From sequence record DRR723986_2292: a stretch of DNA of 52,782 nucleotides; one strand, given 5' to 3'. This document shows, piece by piece, positions 29,118 to 38,063 of this stretch. Every line of letters begins with the position of its first letter. The stretch's first letter is position 1. The translations under genes were made by a program, and so were the position numbers. The notes under the pieces were generated by a model. That model worked only from the letters and a program-made list of their open reading frames with translations, was not told where the DNA came from and did not search any database.

Positions 29118-29927
29118 TTAACTGGCGCGCCGCATTGGCAGCACATCTGCGCTTTTCGGTTCGCCGATCTTGTCGAGTGATTGCTGCGTTTCGGTCCACT
29201 GAAGCAGCTCAAGCTCGCCGTCATGGCTTTCCGACAGCAAAGTGCAATTCTCAATCCAGTCGCCGTCATTGCAGTACAGCAGGCCATCAATTTCCTTCAG
29301 CGCGGGCTGATGAATGTGGCCGCAGATAACACCGTCCAGACCGCGCCTCTCCGCTTCCTTAACAGCGGCACGTTCGAAGACATCGATCACTTGGCGAGCA
29401 TTGGGGATTCGTTGTTTGATATACGTGGCAAGCGACCAATAGTGGCGACCAAAGCGGCGGCGGAAAAAATTGGCCCAGCGGTTGAGGAACAACAGCAAAT
29501 CGTAAGCGGCGTCGCCGATAAGGCTCTCCCACTTTCGCAGTTGCATATGCTCATCGAGAATATCACCGTGAAACATCAACAGGCGCTTACCCTTCACAGT
29601 GGTGTACACAGCTTCTTTGCGAATTTCGATGGGACCGAAAATATTCCCAACATAGTCCCGGAACGGTTCGTCGTGGTTGCCCGGTATGTAGACAACACGT
29701 GTGCCAGCATTCGCTTTATGGAACAGCGTGCGGAGCACTTCGTAGTGGCTGGGAGGCCAGTACAGGCTACGTTTCATGGCCCATAAATCGACAACATCAC
29801 CAACCAAGTAAATCGTTTCACAGTCCACTCGGTTTAAGAAATCGAGCAGGTAATCTGCGCGACAATCTTTGAAGCCCAGGTGAATATCAGATAGCCATAT
29901 GGTTTTGTAATGTGTCTGCGCTGTCAC
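29118..29927 (-). CDS. Metallophosphoesterase, LpxH2/PlcP-like (candidate phospholipase C)
   Basis: WLSDIHLG, YLVGDVVD, YIPGNHD, FHGD, ICGHIH and YCNDGDW motifs. GTG start after GGGAG. Confidence 0.85.
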   Translation of the reverse strand: MTAQTHYKTIWLSDIHLGFKDCRADYLLDFLNRVDCETIYLVGDVVDLWAMKRSLYWPPSHYEVLRTLFHKANAGTRVVYIPGNHDEPFRDYVGNIFGPIEIRKEAVYTTVKGKRLLMFHGDILDEHMQLRKWESLIGDAAYDLLLFLNRWANFFRRRFGRHYWSLATYIKQRIPNARQVIDVFERAAVKEAERRGLDGVICGHIHQPALKEIDGLLYCNDGDWIENCTLLSESHDGELELLQWTETQQSLDKIGEPKSADVLPMRRAS

Positions 29928-29957
29928 GCGTCGCGCTCCCGCTATGCATTTGTGGCA

Positions 29958-30013
29958 ATGCTACGGCGCGTAAATGACAGCGTTCGGACAATTTAACGAC
30001 AAAATTATGACAA
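29958..30013 (-). promoter_or_regulatory. Pho-box array (4 x 11-bp direct repeats) plus -10 element for the plcP-olsF operon
   Basis: Minus strand reads TTGTCATaatt TTGTCGTtaaa TTGTCCGaacg CTGTCAT, then 10 bp, then TAGCAT. This matches the CTGTCAT-N4 PhoB consensus. Confidence 0.85.
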
Positions 30014-30026
30014 ACGGGGAGGCAAT

Positions 30027-30446
30027 CTAGTGGGAGCGAACGGCAGATGGGTAGTATTTTTTTAGCACAGCTTCGAGCTTTTCTTCATCGAGCGGCTTCA
30101 GAGTAAACTCGGATACCAGGCCTCTCTCTTCAGCTTTCGAGCGATCGTCAGGGTTCTGCGACGTCGTCAGCATCACAACGACCACGCCGGCCTTCTGCTT
30201 AGAAGGGAGGTTTTCATAAGCCTCCAGGAATTCCCAACCGTTCATCACCGGCATATTGATATCGAGCAAAATAAGTTCTGGCTGGGGGTGTTTATCCACG
30301 CCGCTGCGCAGATAATCCAGCGCCTGCGCACCGTCGCGGCACTCCACAACCGTCTCAGCGCAGCCATAATTATCGATCACAAGGCGGTGGATGAAATTGG
30401 TTGCCTGACAGTCATCCACCAATAAGATCGTTTTAAGTTTTGCCAT
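30027..30446 (-). CDS. Single-domain response regulator (Rcp1-like receiver)
   Basis: ILLVDD, PELILLDINMPVMNGWEFL, VMLTTS and KP motifs. Start at ATG 30446, overlapping the kinase stop. Confidence 0.9.
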   Translation of the reverse strand: MAKLKTILLVDDCQATNFIHRLVIDNYGCAETVVECRDGAQALDYLRSGVDKHPQPELILLDINMPVMNGWEFLEAYENLPSKQKAGVVVVMLTTSQNPDDRSKAEERGLVSEFTLKPLDEEKLEAVLKKYYPSAVRSH

Positions 30447-32418
30447 GCTGCTCTCCAAACAGAGTAAAACAGAAGCAGCTACCACCACCCCCAGCGCTTT
30501 CGATCCAGATATTGCCGCCATGCTGTTCGACAATTTTCTTGCACTGCGCCAAACCAATCCCCGTACCGGGGAAATCTTCCCGCCCGTGCAAGCGCTGGAA
30601 AATCAGAAATACACGCTCTCGGTGCGCCTCGTCAATACCAATACCGTTATCTTTCACGCAGAATTTCCAGCCACCATCACAGGCCTGAGCGTTAATTTCA
30701 ACACAGGGAACCACATCGTCCTTAACGTACTTCAAACCGTTGCCAATCAGGTTCTGAAACAGCATGCGTAAGCTGGCGGCATGACCAACAATCGTCGGCA
30801 ACCCGCGGAAGCGGACGTTAGCACCGCGCTCGCGAATCTGTACGGCTAAATCGTCGCAGACGTCAGCAACCAGCGACTGGCAATTCACTGGCTCCCAGGG
30901 AGCGTCTTGCCCCAGCCGGCTGTATTCAAGCAGGCCATTAATCAACAACTCCATCCGCGAGGCTGACTGGTTGATGAAGGCTAAAAATTGCTGCGATTGC
31001 TCATCAAAATTTTCGGCATTTTTTTGCTCAAACAAGCCGACAAAACTCTTAATCGTACGCAGTGGTTCCTGCAAGTCATGAGACGCAATGTAGGCAAACT
31101 GTTCCAGCTCTTTATTTGCTCTGGCCACTCGTCCCAGGTTCTGTTCAAGCTCCGTTTGCACCGCTCTACGCTGAACAACTTCGTTTTCCAGGGCGCGCTG
31201 CTGGGTGGTGAGTTCGTCGAGCAGTGCGCTGAACTCGCGGGCCAGGGCCCCGACCTCTGCATAGGCATCCACCGGCAAATCTTCAGCGCGCGTCGCCCTG
31301 CCTTTTTGCTGAATAACCGTGCGCATATGCTGAAGTGGCGCAACAATTTTCTGCGCGAGGATCGTGGCCAATGCAAGAAACACCAGCAAGGTGGTAACCA
31401 CGAACACACTTTGTTTCTTTAGCAGCTCGCGACTAACGACCATGGCATCCCGGTAGGGCAAGCTCACAACAACGGCTAGCTGCTGTCCCGCACTACCCAG
31501 TTGATAACCCAGTTTTTTGAGTGCAAAAAGGCGGCGCTGGTCGCCTACATTTGTTTGCGTTTGCCAAACTTGACGATTTGCATCGGCGAGAAACTGGTCC
31601 GCCTCAGGTAAATCATCGACAAGGGTGCTGCGCTCGCCGTATTCAAAGCGGAAGGTTTTACTGCGATCTGGGTGAAGTAAATAGTCACCGCCGCTCCGAA
31701 CAATATAGTGGGCTAACTCGTCCTGGGCCGCCTCGCCGATACGCGAGAACATTTCTTCCAGGCGGTGATTCACAACAATCACGCCACGGCGCTGCCCCTG
31801 GCTATCGTAGACCGGCGTCACCGCACGAATAACGGCATGGGGAGGTTGCATTATTTGGTGGTTTTCACGGTTTAAGCCGATGTCAGACAACCAGACGACA
31901 TCCTCTGGCAAGGTCAGGCCTGCCTGGACATAATCCCGGTGAGCCTTATTCTGCAAGTCGGCGTCTGCGACAATTCTGACCTGCCCACCGCTGCCATAAC
32001 GATCCACGCGCACCACTTCTTGGCCGCTGGCGTCGAGGAGTCGAATCTGCACGCTCATGGGTTTGGCGGCCAACATTTGCAAAAATGCTTGTTGAAGATG
32101 ATCGCGCCAGTGCGCCGAGGCCGCCGATTTTGCGTCGACAGCCCGGCTTTCCAGCAAGCCTGCAACAGCGGGAGCATGGCGCAGAAAAGCGACATCGCGA
32201 AGCAATTCGCCGATATAGGCATCAAATTGCAAGCTCAACCGCTCCGCCTCTGCACTCAACTGCTGCTGTCGCCGGTCGAGCAGCTGCTGTTCAAGAGTGG
32301 AAACGGTACTGAAAATCACCACCGCATTGCTGAGCACAACTGCGGCAAGCAATACCAGCAGGACGCGCCGAGCAATAGAGCTACCTTTGACGAGATTTAG
32401 GAATCGCTGCTTTTTCAT
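30433..32418 (-). CDS. Membrane sensor histidine kinase (periplasmic Cache-like domain, HAMP, HisKA, HATPase)
   Basis: Two TM helices; FAYIASHDLQEPLR H-box, FQNLIGNGLKY, DNGIGI, IFQRLH and GTGIGLA motifs. Start 32418 or 32439. Confidence 0.92.
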   Translation of the reverse strand: MKKQRFLNLVKGSSIARRVLLVLLAAVVLSNAVVIFSTVSTLEQQLLDRRQQQLSAEAERLSLQFDAYIGELLRDVAFLRHAPAVAGLLESRAVDAKSAASAHWRDHLQQAFLQMLAAKPMSVQIRLLDASGQEVVRVDRYGSGGQVRIVADADLQNKAHRDYVQAGLTLPEDVVWLSDIGLNRENHQIMQPPHAVIRAVTPVYDSQGQRRGVIVVNHRLEEMFSRIGEAAQDELAHYIVRSGGDYLLHPDRSKTFRFEYGERSTLVDDLPEADQFLADANRQVWQTQTNVGDQRRLFALKKLGYQLGSAGQQLAVVVSLPYRDAMVVSRELLKKQSVFVVTTLLVFLALATILAQKIVAPLQHMRTVIQQKGRATRAEDLPVDAYAEVGALAREFSALLDELTTQQRALENEVVQRRAVQTELEQNLGRVARANKELEQFAYIASHDLQEPLRTIKSFVGLFEQKNAENFDEQSQQFLAFINQSASRMELLINGLLEYSRLGQDAPWEPVNCQSLVADVCDDLAVQIRERGANVRFRGLPTIVGHAASLRMLFQNLIGNGLKYVKDDVVPCVEINAQACDGGWKFCVKDNGIGIDEAHRERVFLIFQRLHGREDFPGTGIGLAQCKKIVEQHGGNIWIESAGGGGSCFCFTLFGEQHGKT

Positions 32419-32517
32419 CGAGCCTCTAAAAGCCGGCATGCAGAATCGCCCCCTCTCCCTGGAAGCCGTCGATACATACTAGTCTAGTCACCGTGCCCGC
32501 GACTTGCGTATTAACCC

Positions 32518-35037
32518 CTACTCACCCTCGGCAGCACTGGGCATAGTGGGGCGCCGAATAAGCTGCAGCATACTCTGCTGTACATCCGGCCCAAGGAGAC
32601 TCACCCAACGCTGACTAAATACCGCCAGCCGCGGATTGCACCAAATACGCGGTTCTCCACCCTCTTCATCCTGCGCCAGTAACTCTTGCGAAATCAGGGT
32701 ATCCAGGTAAACCCTGAACAGGTTTTTATCGAAGTACTCCGGCGCCTCCCGGCCACTGACAATTGCCAGGCGTTGCGCCATGTCGATAATAGTCTTCTCG
32801 ATATCGCTGCGCGGCGACGGCGTCTCACCTGGGGCGTGCACCAGGAGCAAGCTGGTCATGGTATAGCGCTCAAAGGTTTCCCGCAGAATCCGCCCCAGTC
32901 CGGTTAGCACGGCATAGGCTTCTGTGCCCACTTCAGGCCGCGATAACACGCCTTCATCACAGCGCTCTAACAAGCCAAGCGCAACGAGATTATCGATATG
33001 AGACTCAACGAGCGCCTCGCCCTCCTGCTCGTCAACGCGCAAAAATAACTCGCGCTTGAGGAAGGGCAGGAGTTGCGCGCAAGACTCTTTCAATTCGGCC
33101 TCATTCACGCGCTCACTGTGGCGGAAAAAGCGCGCGATCAAACTCGGTGTGGCCAAAACGTGCATGACCGAGTTGCGGTAGTAGGTCAGCATCACCGCCT
33201 CTTTGCCGGTAGCGGTGATAATTGGCCCCCAACTGTGATCTATGCGCGACAGTCCCGCCGTGCGCGCCGCCGCATCGAGGATTTCTCGGGCGCTCCCCTC
33301 CGGCAGGATCACATCATCGCTGTAGGGCAGGCGCTGCAACAGCGCGATAAAATGGTCGATCTGCGCCAACAGCTCATCCTCAGCCATCGCACGCTGCGGA
33401 CTGGACAGCAGGATCATGGCCACCAAGCCTATCGGATTAATCACTGCCGCGGCATTGATACGCTCCATATTCTCCTGGGCGATGTGGTCGACAACACCGG
33501 GTATAAAGCTCTTATCACCGGCCTGCAGCTTACTGCGCCACTCCGGCTCAACCCGGCTCAAACATTCATCCAGACTAATCGGCTCACCGAAGGAGACATG
33601 AGGGCTGCCATACGATGACTTGAAAATTCGCGTGGCCTTCAACAAGCCACCGGCAGATTCACTCTGCTTGGCTGCGCCGCGCAATTCCTTCACATAGGAC
33701 GCGCCCTCCACCAGTTTGTCATAGCCGACATACACCGGAACCAGGGCAGCCTTGCGCGCAGGTTGCGCCAAAAAGCTCTCCACCGTCATGCGCAACATGC
33801 CTTTCTTCGGCGGCAATAATCGCCCGGTTCGCGAGCGGCCGCCTTCGGGAAAGAATTCCACCGGGTAGCCGCGCCCGAGAATAACATCGAGATAGTTGCG
33901 GAAAACGGCTGTATATAGCTGCTGGCCCGCAAAACTACGGCGGATATAAAAGGCGCCGCCGCGACGCAGCAAACCACCCACTGGCCAAAAATTAAGGTTT
34001 ACCCCCGCCGCAATATGGGGCGGCACCAAACCCTGGGTATACAGGCCGTAAGAAATGAGCAGGTAATCCAAATGGCTGCGGTGACTGGGCATGTAAATTA
34101 GCTGGCGGTCGTTGGCGGCGCGATTAAGGCGGTCAATATGGTGCAGGCGGATGCCACTGAAGATCTTGCGAAATACCCAGCTCAGAATCAGGTCCAGCAC
34201 CCGCAGCATTCGAGAGTCGAAATTCGCGGCGACCTCGTCTGCCATTTTTCGCGCTTGTTTTATCACCTGCGCATCAGTTAGCTGCTTTTCCTGCTGGTGC
34301 TGGGCCATCGCCGCTTTAACTTCGGGGCGGCGCAATACCAGGCGAATAATCGCCGGGCGCGATAGCAGGCTTGGGCCAAGTGCAGCCGTTTTTCGGCGGC
34401 TATAGTAGAAACTCAGGGTGCGAGCCAGCAGCTCCGCCGCCGACGCCGGCTCTTGGGTGCGGGCAACCAGTGTCTGAAAGTTAATGGGCATGGCGAAGTG
34501 CAAAATCACATTCTTGCGCTGCGCAATGATCACCATTAGCTTGCGGAAGGCCCCGCCGCGTTCACCATCGCCGAGCAGCAGTTTCAGAAATGATGTTTCA
34601 CTGCCGGGGTCGCGCCCCCAAAACATCGACACCGGTACAATCTGCATTTCCTTGGCCAGGGCACTGGCCGTGTCATCACCGAGGCGCGCGATAAGCGCCG
34701 ACATGGTCGCCTTACCGCGGTCATTGCCGCGCTCGCCGCGTAACACCGGCAAATACAGACACGCGGCGCGGCTGCTATCGGGCAGCTTACCCGGTGTAGC
34801 GCGCAGCAGTGGCAGCCCCTCAGCTTTAAGAATCCGCTCGAGCAAAAACCGGTCAGTCCAGCTGTGCTGGCGCAGCACATAGCACACCGGTCGACCGTCA
34901 ATGGCCTCGCGCAGCCCCTCGTCTACCTGCACAATATTCGGTCGAACAAGTGCGAACACGGGGGCCGAGACGAATCGACACAGCAAAAAAAACAGTTTGG
35001 TAAACCAGGGCATGGGTCTATGGCTTCCTGAAAGCAT
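32518..35037 (-). CDS. plsB: Glycerol-3-phosphate O-acyltransferase
   Basis: SHRSHLDY (HX4D), IAAGVNL, GAFYIRR, FPEGGRSRTG and VPVYVGY motifs; about 830-840 aa. Exact start uncertain (35013-35043). Confidence 0.93.
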   Translation of the reverse strand: MLSGSHRPMPWFTKLFFLLCRFVSAPVFALVRPNIVQVDEGLREAIDGRPVCYVLRQHSWTDRFLLERILKAEGLPLLRATPGKLPDSSRAACLYLPVLRGERGNDRGKATMSALIARLGDDTASALAKEMQIVPVSMFWGRDPGSETSFLKLLLGDGERGGAFRKLMVIIAQRKNVILHFAMPINFQTLVARTQEPASAAELLARTLSFYYSRRKTAALGPSLLSRPAIIRLVLRRPEVKAAMAQHQQEKQLTDAQVIKQARKMADEVAANFDSRMLRVLDLILSWVFRKIFSGIRLHHIDRLNRAANDRQLIYMPSHRSHLDYLLISYGLYTQGLVPPHIAAGVNLNFWPVGGLLRRGGAFYIRRSFAGQQLYTAVFRNYLDVILGRGYPVEFFPEGGRSRTGRLLPPKKGMLRMTVESFLAQPARKAALVPVYVGYDKLVEGASYVKELRGAAKQSESAGGLLKATRIFKSSYGSPHVSFGEPISLDECLSRVEPEWRSKLQAGDKSFIPGVVDHIAQENMERINAAAVINPIGLVAMILLSSPQRAMAEDELLAQIDHFIALLQRLPYSDDVILPEGSAREILDAAARTAGLSRIDHSWGPIITATGKEAVMLTYYRNSVMHVLATPSLIARFFRHSERVNEAELKESCAQLLPFLKRELFLRVDEQEGEALVESHIDNLVALGLLERCDEGVLSRPEVGTEAYAVLTGLGRILRETFERYTMTSLLLVHAPGETPSPRSDIEKTIIDMAQRLAIVSGREAPEYFDKNLFRVYLDTLISQELLAQDEEGGEPRIWCNPRLAVFSQRWVSLLGPDVQQSMLQLIRRPTMPSAAEGE

Positions 35038-35234
35038 CGCCAAGCATCAGTGCAACTGTGCTCGGTCACTATGGTTATCAAATCGAGTTTGAAAAATGGT
35101 AATTTTACCGCGTTAATGCGCCGAGGTCGCGCCTCGCTAAAAGAAATCCACGCATCGGCGACCCGAGCGGGCAGTGAACGTCGCGGCCACGTACAATGGT
35201 TGCCCGCCAAACCTCAGACGAGAGCCAGAACACC

Positions 35235-36734
35235 ATGCGCCCGATTCCCTTCGACAACAGCTACCAAACTCTGGCGGACAGCCTCTTTCATCGCCAGCAG
35301 GCAGAGCCGGTGTCCGCGCCGCAAGCCCTTCTGATTAACACCGGGTTGGCCAAAGCGCTGAATATCGACAGTAAGTGGCTGGCCTCGCCGGCAGGTATTG
35401 ATGTTCTGTCCGGCAATGCGCTGGCCGCGGGTAGCCAGCCCATTGCCTGCGTGTACGCCGGTCATCAGTTTGGCAACTACAATCCGCAACTTGGCGACGG
35501 CCGCGCATTGCTGCTCGGTGAAGTCATTGACCGCCAGGGCCAACGCAAAGATATTCAATTGAAGGGATCCGGGCGCACGCCCTACTCTCGCGGTGGCGAC
35601 GGCCGCTCACCACTGGGGCCGGTTATTCGCGAATACCTGCTCAGTGAGGCCATGCACTGCTTGGGCGTACCGAGCACGCGGGCCCTGGCTGCGCTGGCTA
35701 CCGGCGACTCGGTTTTTCGCGAGCACGGCCCTCTGCCCGGCGGTATTCTATGCCGCGTTGCCAGCAGCCACTTGCGCGTGGGTACGGTTCAGTTTGTCGC
35801 AGCGCAGCAGGACCCCGAACTACTGCAGCAACTAATGGATTACGTTATTGACCGTCACTACCCTGAGTGCAAACAGAGCGAATCGCCCTATGAGGCGCTG
35901 TTTAACGCGATCCTCAATGCCCAGGCAACGCTTATCTCGCGCTGGCAGGCCCTGGGGTTTATCCACGGCGTGATGAACACCGACAATATGTTGCTGTGCG
36001 CGGAAACCATTGACTACGGCCCCTGTGCATTTATGGAGGCGTATCACCCCGGCACGGTGTTCAGTTCGATCGACCAACAGGGGCGATATGCCTACGGCAA
36101 TCAGCCAGCCATCGCCCAATGGAACCTCGTGCAACTTGCCCAAGCCATGCTGACGTTGATGCAGCGGCCGGGCGAGTCGGACCTAAAACCGGCCGTGCAG
36201 CGCGCGCAGGACACCCTCAACACCTTCCCGGACACCTTCCTCCAGGCGTATCGACAGCGCATGGCCGAAAAACTCGGCTTCTCCCATATCAACGATGACG
36301 ACGAAGCCCTGTATCGCGATTTCCTGACACTACTGGAAGAGCACGACAGCGACTTCACCCTGAGTTTCCGCAGCCTGAACGACCGCGCAGCGGTAATGGC
36401 CAACTGCGAAAGGGGTGGTGACAGCATCGCTGGGCTTTTCCAATTGCCGGATGCCTTCGCGCCTTGGTTAGAACGCTGGCAGCAGCGCTTCAATGCCGAC
36501 GCCACACCAGCCGAGCAGCGCTACCTCACCATGCAAAAGGCCAACCCGGTATTTATTCCGCGCAACCACTTGGTGGAAAACGCCATAGAGAAGGCCTATG
36601 AGGGTGATATGAGCGTGTTCTTTGCCCTGCAAACGCGATTACAAGCCCCTTTTGAATACCAGTGCGATGCGGCCGAGTTCGCCGCACCCGCTACCGACGG
36701 CAACCGGGTAACGGCAACCTTTTGCGGAACCTAG
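35235..36734 (+). CDS. selO: Protein adenylyltransferase SelO/YdiU
   Basis: YAGHQFG, QLGDGRA, LKGSGRTPYSRGGDGR, GFIHGVMNTDN, IDYGP and NPVFIPRN motifs; C-terminal TFCGT. Confidence 0.93.
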   Translation: MRPIPFDNSYQTLADSLFHRQQAEPVSAPQALLINTGLAKALNIDSKWLASPAGIDVLSGNALAAGSQPIACVYAGHQFGNYNPQLGDGRALLLGEVIDRQGQRKDIQLKGSGRTPYSRGGDGRSPLGPVIREYLLSEAMHCLGVPSTRALAALATGDSVFREHGPLPGGILCRVASSHLRVGTVQFVAAQQDPELLQQLMDYVIDRHYPECKQSESPYEALFNAILNAQATLISRWQALGFIHGVMNTDNMLLCAETIDYGPCAFMEAYHPGTVFSSIDQQGRYAYGNQPAIAQWNLVQLAQAMLTLMQRPGESDLKPAVQRAQDTLNTFPDTFLQAYRQRMAEKLGFSHINDDDEALYRDFLTLLEEHDSDFTLSFRSLNDRAAVMANCERGGDSIAGLFQLPDAFAPWLERWQQRFNADATPAEQRYLTMQKANPVFIPRNHLVENAIEKAYEGDMSVFFALQTRLQAPFEYQCDAAEFAAPATDGNRVTATFCGT

Positions 36735-36750
36735 TGCTGTCCGAGTAATT

Positions 36751-36770
36751 GGGCCCGCGAAGGCGGGCCT
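36751..36770. terminator. Hairpin between convergent selO and alkB
   Basis: GGCCCGC-GAAG-GCGGGCC stem-loop. Confidence 0.5.
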
Positions 36771-36784
36771 GTACGGAACGGCAA

Positions 36785-37942
36785 TCAAAGGCCGAGTTTT
36801 GCCCGAACCTTCGGCGCAACGTTTGCCTGAGACAAGTCGCCGTTGTAGTGCGCCTTCACACGGCGGTCCATCACCCAGCGCCACAGCGGCGGGAAGTACG
36901 CCAGCGGCACCATTCCCGCATAACCACTGGGTAACTGGGGAACGTCCTCGTAGTGACGCAGGGCCTGATAACTGCGCGTGGGGTTGGCGTGGTGATCAGA
37001 ATGACGCTGCAATTGATACAGCAGAATGTTCGTCACCAAGTGATTGCTATTCCACGAATGCTCGGGCTGACAGCGCTCATAGCGCCCAGAGGACAGCTTT
37101 TTGCGGCACAAGCCGTAGTGCTCCAGATAATTGATCACTTCGAACAGGGTCATGGAATAGAGGGATTGGGCCGCCATAAATGGCAGTACCGCCCAGCCAA
37201 AGACCGCAGCAATAATGGCGTACAGCACCAGACTCATCGACCAGGCCTGAAGGTTGTGGTTCTGCCAATGCCATACTGGCTTGCCCTGACGCTCAAGTCG
37301 CTTCTTCTCCAACGCCCAGGCACTGCGGAGACTGCCTGTCATGGTGCGCGGCAAAAACTGCCAAAAGCTTTCCCCATACCGGGCACTGGCTGGATCTTCT
37401 GGCGTTGCCACCCGCACGTGGTGACCGCGGTTGTGCTCAACGCAAAAGTGGCCATAAAAGGTCGGCGCCAACGACAACATGCCCAGGTACTTTTCAACCT
37501 TGCTATTTTGGTGACCGAGCTCGTGGGCAGTATTGAACGCTACCCCGCTGACAATGCCGACCGATACCAACAGCCCGCTGATTCCCACCCAGCCCAGCTC
37601 GCCGCCGGCCAACACCGACATTGCCCAGAATAAGGTGGCAAATTGCAGGGGGAGGAACGCGTACACACAGTAGCGGTAGTAGCGGTCTTGCGACAACGCC
37701 GCAACCACCTCCTCGGGGGGATTGTACGGATCGTTACCAATTAGGTAGTCCAACGCGGGGATCACGGTATACAGAAACAGAGGCGCAAACCACCACCCCC
37801 ATTCCGATCCCGTCAGTGCTGCCATGCCCCCACTCATCAGCGGAAATAACGGCACGATCATGCCAAATAGCCACAAATACCGTTTGCCATCGACCCACTT
37901 TGCTGCGGACGACGGCGTGTTGATCTCAAGCTCACTAGCCAT
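36785..37942 (-). CDS. alkB: Alkane 1-monooxygenase
   Basis: His boxes HELGH, EHNRGHH, NYLEHYGL and LQRHSDHHA; DGKRYLW; ATPEDPASAR. Confidence 0.95.
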   Translation of the reverse strand: MASELEINTPSSAAKWVDGKRYLWLFGMIVPLFPLMSGGMAALTGSEWGWWFAPLFLYTVIPALDYLIGNDPYNPPEEVVAALSQDRYYRYCVYAFLPLQFATLFWAMSVLAGGELGWVGISGLLVSVGIVSGVAFNTAHELGHQNSKVEKYLGMLSLAPTFYGHFCVEHNRGHHVRVATPEDPASARYGESFWQFLPRTMTGSLRSAWALEKKRLERQGKPVWHWQNHNLQAWSMSLVLYAIIAAVFGWAVLPFMAAQSLYSMTLFEVINYLEHYGLCRKKLSSGRYERCQPEHSWNSNHLVTNILLYQLQRHSDHHANPTRSYQALRHYEDVPQLPSGYAGMVPLAYFPPLWRWVMDRRVKAHYNGDLSQANVAPKVRAKLGL

Positions 37943-37953
37943 TTCACCACCTA

Positions 37954-38051
37954 ATCTACTTATTGGATTTATTTACCTACTAATTTGTAGATTATTGGCG
38001 AAACAATGCCGTGTCAACATCTGGTAGACTTAATCCTACTATTTTGAAGAT
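37954..38051. promoter_or_regulatory. Repeated palindromic operator-like sites in the alkB/tetR divergent promoter
   Basis: ACCTAC-N6-GTAGAT (37975-37992), TCCTAC-N6-GAAGAT (38034-38051), GTCAAC-N5-GTAGAC (38013-38029) and a half-site ATCTAC (37954). Confidence 0.5.
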
Positions 38052-38063
38052 TATGGACTCACC

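Noticed and set aside
29118-29927. Canonical lipid A enzyme lpxH
   Set aside because: The GNHD motif (not GNRD), NxGDW motif, Pho box and olsF-like neighbour fit the LpxH2/PlcP group better, so no symbol is assigned.
35086-35120. Sigma-32-like promoter upstream of selO (TTTGAAA...)
   Set aside because: The -10 region is a poor match to CCCCATNT, which is not enough support.
36700-36760. Selenocysteine read-through at the SelO C-terminus
   Set aside because: The protein ends TFCGT with a TAG stop and no in-frame TGA; the downstream hairpin is better explained as a terminator.
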